From Trichoplax adhaerens (lineage: Eukaryota; Animalia; Placozoa), in NCBI RefSeq assembly GCF_000150275.1, contig NW_002060945.1, forward strand, positions 4,327,397 to 4,391,396: a DNA stretch of 64,000 nt, read 5' to 3'. A program made the translations under genes and the position numbers. Below the pieces are notes generated by a model. The model saw only the letters and a program-made list of their open reading frames with translations. It ran no database searches and was not told the origin of the DNA. Positions 54,635 to 64,000 of the stretch are shown piece by piece (position 1 is the first letter of the stretch; every line of letters begins with the position of its first letter).

Positions 54635-57600
54635 GGTGCTTAGTTAAGGGCAAAAAATTTATAGAATTTAAATTAGCTTTGATTTGTTATCTTTCCATGC
54701 GTAAATAAATAACTAATAAAGTTCATTTAATTAAGACATTCCATGAAGATATCTTGCTTACAACAATACTTCTTTTTGGAGGTAAATCAAGATGAAATTT
54801 GTATGTCAAAATTTAGAAAGTAATATTCATTTTAACCGATAGACAACACAATTAAATTTTTTAAAGGTTACATTTATAGGTTTAGATGTGATTTTAGATA
54901 TATCCAACTCATACCACACAAACAAGATCTCCTTAGACTAGAATACAATGCACGGGTATTTTTGTAGCCTGAAAAGATTTCATCCGTAGCTAATGCAATG
55001 TATCATCATATTAAGAGCATTTAGATTTTGGATTATATACCAACGCTGTCTAAAATACTAAGCCCATTTCTGGTAATTTTAGAGATGTAGTGATATAAAA
55101 TTTTTATAAAAAAATAGTTAGACTGATCTACTCAAGGTTAAGTCACTAAATTATTATGTATAGAAATGCAAGCAAATACAGTATACTGTATTTTAAGCCT
55201 AAGTTATAAAAGAGAAAGTAATTTTTGTATCTTAAAGCTAAAAAAGATTTAAAGTTACTTAGACTAATTAATGTAATTTGTTGAATCAAATAAAATCAAA
55301 AAATTTTTCTTACAATTTTCTAAATTAAATAAAATCAATTATCTAGAAAACTATTCCGAATGTATACGCGTAAGTACCATGGTGCACGATTTCGTTAGAA
55401 ACTTGATTTCCCAATTAATTTGTAATACCAATTAATTCAAATCACCTTTAATAATTGAATAGAATTATTAAATATTCCTTTTCTAGCTAAAGTAGCAATG
55501 ATTAATATAATCTAAAATTTTTTCCGCACGGATATTATTGTTGCCTTTCTATGTTATACATTTTTAAATTAATCTATTGTTATAAATCCGAATATTATAA
55601 GAGAATAATTTATTTTTTAATTAATATTCTCTTTGATAATAGATAAGCTTTCTGTCAAACGAAAATGGATCAGATAGAATTTATAAAAGCTTTTCCAGAA
55701 ACTTGTCAAAGGGGTACCCGATAGCGATAAGAACCAACTTTACAATAATCGTAACTTGAAAATGTCTTAGAGAAAAATTTTTAATACCTATTAAGCAACA
55801 TTATCCTACACTTTATCGTGATAATAGCTGTATAATCGTTAAAGACTGAAAAAACTCCCTGCGTTCAGTAGTATAATTAAACTAGGATCTATAGTCTTTC
55901 AACAGTAATGTTCATTCAGTCTTCATCTTCAGTTTTAAAGTCATTGGTAAATAGAACAAAAAATTGCGTGAGCAATTATAATTATTTAATTAAAACTATA
56001 ACTTAACCGGATCAGTTCACGATAATAAAACTCCTTTGTTGATTTGCATCGTCTTTACAAGATAGAGATAGTAAATTTATTTGATTAAATTTATTATATT
56101 TTTATTAATTGACAACAAAAGATACATTTCTAACGAATAGAATTGCTTTTACAATATAAATTATGTTTTCTAAATACTAACATAATAGATTAATACTTAT
56201 AATTCTTCTGGTATAGTTAAATGGACGAAAACTCCTTGGCTATTAATATATCATTTAACATGCTCATAGATACTAGACATTGACAGGTATTATTTTTTAA
56301 AATATTTCGGGTAATTGTACAAATCTTTCTCTCTCTTCATTAAGAAATGGCCCTATTGAAAAATAATTTGGCATAATATGAACTGATACTTATGAAGATA
56401 GAATTTATTTTGTAAGATTAGTAGACGAAATTTTTATAACAAAAAACTATGAATTCCTCGTGTTAGCTAAGCTGGATTTTAAATTATTAATATCTCAGTT
56501 CGAATGAACTGCGTAAGTTTTTTATTTAGTCACAAACTGCGGGATAATAAATTATTTTTCTAACTTAAAGGTATCCTATTATATGTCAATATTATTATCA
56601 ATAGACTGTTGACGTACCCATTCCAGTTGATTACTAGGTACTACATTTATTAAAAATTGCTCTCATTTTATCGCAAATTTATGATCATAACCCACTTTTA
56701 ATAGAAACTAGGCATTAAAGCAAATCAATAGCCATAAATTAACTACCGGTTTTTTTATTCAAATTTCGATACCTAAATTAGGCCATTGTCAAGAAAATTC
56801 GAACGAATCTATGATGGATTTAACAATAATTTATGCTCTTTGAGGTTGTCTAATAACAGTATAATTAGTTTCTCCTTATTTCAACGAATATATACGTATC
56901 TATACATAAATGATATATATAATTAGTCCATGTGCACTAGTGAAATTCCCAACTAGCGCACGAAGATTTATAATGTTACATATTTACATTTTAGCTCTCC
57001 ATCCACCATTAGTATCGAATGAAATGACTTATTTATTTAGGAGACAAAGGAGACCGTCTGTCAACAGGATCAATCAAAGCAACTTGGTTACAAGTCAAAT
57101 GAAAGAATCGATAAACCATCAAGTTTCATTCATTTTAGATTTGGCCCTTTCAACTCTTCGATCTGGGCAGCAATATCATTATTAAACCTTTGTTAAAACA
57201 GAATAGTGCAATGTTCGCTTTTCCTATTAAATTAGCTTGCAGCATTGTGCTGCAAGCCATGCCACCCACTAAATTCGACTTTAATTGTAAAATAATATTT
57301 TACAGTTGTTTTCGTAAAAATTCTCTTTCAGTAACAGTAAAGTAAATCCAATATTAATACAACTGAAAACACCATTTGAAAAGCTAAATATTTTATCCTG
57401 GACCAAAACACAAATTGCTTTTTGATGATTAATTATCAGAAAGTAAAATCAACGTAGTCGCATCTTTGTTGCTCATTATTGTAAGGTATACGTCATATTA
57501 TCGCGAAAATAACTGGCGTGTATTCGTGTTTATTAGCAAGCGAAAATACAGTAAGTCCGATAATTGATATTTAATTGATACCCGTAGCTAACGAATGAAC

Positions 57601-58019
57601 TATATTCATAGCTGAATTATTTCTTAACCAACATATATGTGCGCAATATGCAATAGTCTATTCAATCAATGCACATCTCAGCTTAGTGAACAAACCTCAT
57701 GAATTGGTCTAATATTACAAGCTAGTACTAGGCCATTTTTGTGATTCGTGTGATATAGGAAAAATACGTATATAAAGTTTGAATTATAATTAATTTTATC
57801 TCAGTTCCACTGAGAGCAGCATAGAGTACACTAATTATAATGATATAATTAGCAATTAATAAATAAAATGCTTGACCTAAATTTCTATCCATTGACACTT
57901 ATCTGTAGTACTAGAATAAGTTACTTTTCCTTACTGAGGATCCCCAAACTTAGTCGGAGATCAAATAGAATAGATAGGCAAGATTATGGTCGATCACGGA
58001 GCCATTTTCGACAATGCAA

Positions 58020-58440
58020 TACTGCTTTACTGAAATATCGTATTATTGACTTAATTTTCTTTGATAACATCTATGTAATACTGTCTGATTAAAAGATGCA
58101 TTATAGCGTTTATTTAATTTTCTTTCAAATTGCAGCTGGATAGTGAGACACATTGTACTGTCTAATTAAAATATTCTAGTATTCATTTAATTTTCTCGGA
58201 ATAGTTGCTCATGAATAGTGGTATATGTGTTTTAGCATACATAAGACTATGTGATTGAAAGATGTATTATACTGTTTATTTGATTTTCTATGAAAATTGT
58301 AATTAGATAGTGAGAACTAGAATACTATCGGATTGAAATAAGTGTTCCAATGTTGATTTCATTTTCTTACAAAATTGCTGCCAGATAGCGATAGCCCTCT
58401 AGAAGATTGTCCAACTGAAGTATTGTTTTATTTATTTGCT
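58020..58440. repeat. Degenerate ~70-95 bp tandem repeat (4-5 decayed units)
   Basis: Recurring skeleton ACTRT..GATT(A/G)AAA..TTT(A/G)ATTTTCT..AAATTG..GATAGTGAGA at ~58080, 58157, 58245 and 58324. Confidence 0.6.
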
Positions 58441-58760
58441 TTAGCTAGAGCAGTGTCAACATTATTCTACGCCAACCTTTCGCTTTCAATGAAATGGAAA
58501 ATCTTGGACAGACATATCTGTGAGCGACAGTAGAAATGCAACGCTTGACTCACTTGGGTCTAAATACATCAACGATTCATTTTTCTAGCACCTAATCACA
58601 GCTCAGTCATGGTAAACGATTTAAAATTACCCTATAATCAACTGCAATTCAACAAAATCATTGACTAGCTCTAAGGGTAAATATGTTAAAGAAGGATTTC
58701 TGCTCCAATTCAAAATTTCAATCCTAGCGATTTCATGAAATGACAGTTCGTTTGAGAAGG

Positions 58761-59872
58761 TCATCCCACCTGAGTATGACGTGTATTCTGCTGTCGAACG
58801 ATATGTGACTGTGTTCACATTCTCGTATCTTCTATAGCATTTCTATAGCGTTTCATCCCACCAAAGTATGACGTATATTCTGCTGTCGAACGATACGTGA
58901 CTGTGTTCACATTCTTGTATCTTCTACAGTACTGTACAGTATAGCAGTCGATCTGTATGAGTTGCCTCATTTCATCCCACCATAGTATGACGTGTATTCT
59001 AATGTCGAACGATATGAGACGGTGTTCACATTCTTGTATCTTCTATAGCGGTCGATCTGTATGAGCTGCCTCATTTCATCCCACCAGAGTATGAGGTGTA
59101 TTCAGATGTCGAACGATATGTGACTGTGTTCACATTCTAGTATCTTCTATAGCATTTCTATAGCATTTCATCCCACCAGAGTATGAGGTGTATTCTGATG
59201 TCGAACGATATGTGACTGTGTTCACATTCTCGTATCTTCTATAGCATTTCATCACTCCAGAGTATGACGTGTATTCTGCTGTCGAACGATACGTGACTGT
59301 GTTCACATTCTTGTATCTTCTACAGTACTGTACAGTATAGCAGTCGATTTGTATGAGTTGCCTCATTTCATCCCACCATAGTATGACGTGTATTCTGATG
59401 TCGAACGATATGTGACGGTGTTCACATTCTTGTATCTTCTATAGCGGTCGATCTGTATGAGCTGCCTCATTTCATCCCACCAGAGTATCAGGTGTAGTCT
59501 GATATCAAACGATACGTGACTGTGTTCACATTCTTGTCTCTTCTATAGCATTTCTATAGCATTTCATCCCACCAGAGTATCAGGTGTAGTCTGATATCGA
59601 ACGATACGTGACTGTGTTCACATTCTTGTCTCTTCTATAGCATTTCTATAGCATTTCATCCCACCAGAGTATCAGGTGTAGTCTGATGTCGAACGATACG
59701 TGACTGTGTTCACATTCTTGTCTCTTCTATAGCATTTCTATAGCATTTCATCCCACCAGAGTATAACGTGTATTCTGATGTCGAACGATACGTGACTGTG
59801 CTCACATTCTTGTATCTTCTGCAGGTGTACTGTACTGTATAGCGGTCGATCTGTATGAGCTGCCTCATTTCA
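58761..59872. repeat. Modular minisatellite array A, 11 units of 81/92/104/~119 bp
   Basis: Shared core TCATCCCACCAGAGTATGACGTGTATTCTGATGTCGAACGATAYGTGACTGTGTTCACATTCTTGTATCTTCTA with four alternative linkers. Confidence 0.93.
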
Positions 59873-60072
59873 TACTGTACGTGTGTCTCATCACCGCTAT
59901 ACAATGCCATGATCAGCTGTCAAGGTGAGCGCGATAGGCTGACACTGAAAATTGAGATGACGCAAAATTTCACCTCACTTCAACATTTCTATTGTTGCCA
60001 TTCCGTGAGCTTCAATACATTCTACAATTGGAATGCAACAATCTTGACAATGAAATAACTTTGAAATGAGAC

Positions 60073-60122
60073 NNNNNNNNNNNNNNNNNNNNNNNNNNNN
60101 NNNNNNNNNNNNNNNNNNNNNN
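60073..60122. other. Assembly gap (50 N)
   Basis: Run of n characters. Confidence 1.
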
Positions 60123-61475
60123 GTTATTTATTTTCTTTCAAATTGCAGCTGGATAGTGAGACACATTGTACTGTCTAATTAAAATATTCTAGTATTCATT
60201 TAATTTTCTTGGAATAGTTGCTCATGAATAGTGGTATATATGTTTTAGCATACATAAGACTATGTGATTGAAAGATGTATTATACTGTTTATTTGATTTT
60301 CTATGAAAATTGTAATTAGATAGTGAGAACTAGAATACTATCGGATTGAAATAAGTGTTCCAATGTTGATTTCATTTTCTTACAAAATTGCTGCCAGATA
60401 GCGATAGCCCTCTAGAAGATTGTCCAACTGAAGTATTGTTTTATTTATTTGCTTTCACTAGAGCAGTGTCAACATTATTCTACGCCAACCTTTCGCTTTC
60501 AATGAAATGGAAAATCTTGGACAGACATATCTGTGAGCGACAGTAGAAATGCAACGCTTGACTCACTTGGGTCTAAATACATCAACGATTCATTTTTCTA
60601 GCACCTAATCACAGCTCAGTCATGGTAAACGATTTAAAATTACCCTATAATCAACTGCAATTCAACAAAATCATTGACTAGCTCTAAGGGTAAATATGTT
60701 AAAGAAGGATTTCTGCTCCAATTCAAAATTTCAATCCTAGCGATTTCATGAAATGACAGTTCGTTTGAGAAGGTCATCCCACCTGAGTATGACGTGTATT
60801 CTGCTGTCGAACGATATGTGACTGTGTTCACATTCTCGTATCTTCTATAGCATTTCTATAGCGTTTCATCCCACCAAAGTATGACGTGTATTCTGATGTC
60901 GAACGATATGTGACTGCGTTCACATTCTAGTATCTTCTATAGCGGTCGATCTGTATGAGCTGCCTCATTTCATCCCACCAGAGTAGGAGGTGTATTCAGA
61001 TGACGAACGATATGTGACTGACTGTGTTCACATTCTAGTATCTTCTATAGCATTTTTATAGTATTTCATCCCACCAGAGTATGAGGTGTATTCTGATGTC
61101 GAACGATATGTGACTGTGTTCACATTCTCGTATCTTCTATAGCATTTCATCCCTCCAGAGTATGACGTGTATTCTGATGTCGAACGATACGTGACTGTGT
61201 TCACAATAACTTCACATTCTTGTCTCTTCTATAGCATTTGTATAGCGGTCGATCTGTATGAGCTGCCTCATTTCATACTGTACGTGTGTCGCATCACCGC
61301 TATACAATGCCATGATCAGCTGTCAAGGTGAGCGCGATAGGCTGACACTGAAAATTGAGATGACGCAAAATTTCACCTCACTTCAACATTCCTATTGTTG
61401 CCATTCCGTGAGCTTCAATACATTCTACAATTGGAATGCAACAATCTTGACAATGAAATAACTTTGAAATGAGAC
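60123..61475 (+). repeat. Near-identical second copy of ~58110-60072, with a shorter array B (60774-61275, 5 units)
   Basis: The unique flanks match almost base for base; ORFs 58627-58818 and 60640-60831 are identical at an offset of 2013. Both copies include the terminal TTGAAATGAGAC. Confidence 0.93.
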
Positions 61476-64000
61476 CAAAGCAGTCGGAGGAGAACGCATT
61501 AATGACTGTCTAAAAAATAATCTTATATTGATCGTCGAAATCATAATTCATTTACCGTTCTGTATTTGAAAAATTATTGAATATTTCGGCATATTCTATC
61601 TTTAGATACGATTGGCAACGATTAATGTCGGTCAAATGATGCTCAACAGGATTATGATAATCTTTCCCATGAGGTTTTTGAACAATTGTTGTGAGCAAAA
61701 ATTTTATTATGGATTCCCTTTTACTGCTAGTAAAATGAACCCCGTTTTAAAGTACGCCTTGCAACAAAACCTGTTCTACGAACTGTAATTAAAGTGTCGT
61801 TGACACAAGGAATTTTACAATAGCAGATTTTATTACGAGTTCTCTATCGATTGAGATACTACGTAGATATTAGTACAACAAGCTCTGACAGACAAGGAAA
61901 ACTTCCTACAACAGCAGATCTTAGAAAAGAAGGACTAAGAACAACAACGGCAGAAAAGTGTGGCCGCTGAAATATGTTATCGAACTTGTAAATATTTACA
62001 ACATGATAATTGCGAAAAACATAATTCAACACTTACACAACTTAGTATGAGAATAAAATTCTATGACTAGTATCATATTCTACGAAGCTGAAATCAACAT
62101 ACTTGAATTATCACAAACATGACTTATATATACCTCTTATTGTTAACAACCCTAGATTTTTTATATTATTATTAAGTTATGTCTAATTCACTTCTACATA
62201 ACATCTTGACAATAATATTAGCTTGTCTAACAGCTTCACTGCTCGCCTATTTTAGACAAATCCCCTTTATTTTCATGCTATGCTCATTGTAAAATAGTCA
62301 CGTTATGCTAATATACTAAAGCAGAAAGAACTAGCCTTTATGAATATTAAAATTGTAAAAGATCAAATTCATTTAAGCTTGAAATAGCGCACTAACAACT
62401 CTTTATTATGATCATTAATCTGAGTCATTGTGGAGTGAGCATTGGCTATCTTCTTGAATGTTGTCATACTCTCCCATCAAGTAATTAAAAGCTGCTTTTA
62501 AGTGCCATTTATGACGGTTAATGCCCGTCAAATTATATCACGTTGTGCTAATTTTTTCTACAAAAATATAAGCAATAAAGTTCTACATTTTACAATGGAT
62601 TCAGCTTTATTAATATTAGCCAACATCTGCAGTATTTTTTAGAAAGGTACGTCATATCGCTATGAAGAAGGAAATATTGAAATTAATCGTCGGCAAACTT
62701 ATTTGATTACAGACATATTTAGATCTCAACATTTTGAAAACAAGTTATTATCATTATTATATATCTTAATTAAGATTCTACAAAACTAAGAGAAATTTAA
62801 TTATGATCTTATGCCTAGTTCTGATTTAACCATATTTCTTGTCAAAGCCAATCGTTCAAACTCGCTATATCAAACAGGGTTATTAAATTAAATTTATTAC
62901 AGTAGATATAACCATATTGCTATCCACTTTAGGTTTCAATAAACAAATATAATCAAACAAAAGTAGATATATATCAACATTCTACATTCATAAATGTCTC
63001 ATGGCTTATGCTATTTTGATAATATACCTACTGCAAGATAAAATCTCACATAGGAGAGAATAATGAATAGAAAAGAGTATCTGTAACCTTTGTCGATCTT
63101 AATTAGGGAAAAGATCAAGTGCATTTAAGCTTGAAAAGATTTCTTCATTTATTAATTGATTAATTTCATTTTAAATTGTACACGGGTTAAACTATTTCTT
63201 CTATTTTGTTACTGTCTTGACTAAAACACATATACTCGTGGCATGACCAGAAGTAAAAACTCATAAACTAATCTTACAACCAGCCGCTTATTATGCTTGT
63301 GAGGAAGTTGTTAGTCTTGCGTACAGTATCTCTCCATAGTTAGTTGGTGACTAAGTAGCTAGTAAGTTAGTTGATCACTCACATTAGAAGAGAGTAGACA
63401 GTGGTATAACTCGTGTGAGTGACAGGTATTTAGACAGATTCATGTTGTTGCTACGTTATGCTGTAAAATGATATCTTCATCTTACAAGAAAATAGTGAAG
63501 TAGAAAGTAAGCAACCATTACTGATCTAAACTTGAAAAAAATCCAGTTCATTTCAAGTTTGAACGAATATGTTGATGAATAATTTTATCTTGAAAACTAT
63601 TCAAACTGTTTCTTTCTAATATATACACATGAAAATCATTGTTATGCATTGAATCGTAGTACACTACATTTTTAGTACTCATATTAATGCTGTAATATTC
63701 TCGAGTTTTTCTTATTTATCTATATAATAGTATATCATTTTCTTAACAAGTAAATTCCATTTCATATTCTAGTAGTTTTACAGCCAAATAGGATTTCTAT
63801 TAATACAAGCCTAACTATGCCTTTTTACTTTATTAATCAATCGTAGATACTATTTATCAAAGCAAGTATTGTATTTGTATTTTACGAGTGTAAAGATATC
63901 GATATTATCATATTCGATGATTTTAACAAGCGTTAATATATACGATCATTAGCAATTTTTATGGCCCTTGCAAAATTTCATTTGTAGCGATGGCTTATAC

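Noticed and set aside
58761-61275. CRISPR-like repeat/spacer array
   Set aside because: The 'spacers' are four recurring related linkers rather than unique sequences, the repeats are ~75 bp, there are no cas genes, and the context is eukaryotic.
58627-61461. Short repeated ORFs (MNTVTYRSTAEY..., MSCLISYC...)
   Set aside because: Most unit lengths (92, 104, 119) break the frame and no domain is recognisable.

Overview
AT-rich eukaryotic, animal-type genomic DNA with many short (~70-110 nt) GT-AG introns and intronless GPCRs. The overall style suggests an early-branching metazoan such as the placozoan Trichoplax (inference). I spliced the genes by hand. In order: the 5' end of a UBAP1-like ESCRT-I subunit (-, running off the left edge); a GRAMD2-like GRAM+TM protein (-); a complete STRA6-like receptor (-) sharing a divergent promoter with CSTF3/CstF-77 (+); a strongly divergent beta-tubulin (+); PIKfyve/Fab1 (+); and two paralogous intronless class A GPCRs (-). 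Near the right end a ~2 kb block carrying a modular minisatellite appears twice around a 50-N gap, probably as two haplotypes. The most notable observations are: palindromic TACTGTACAGTA arrays upstream of the multi-exon genes; a beta-tubulin with a naturally remodelled taxane/M-loop site and W397G; a candidate intronic poly(A) signal in the CSTF3 intron used for autoregulation in vertebrates; a nuclear-receptor element cluster beside an invertebrate STRA6; and a satellite whose units resemble intron+micro-exon cassettes. I found no CRISPR array, rRNA, tRNA or autonomous transposon.
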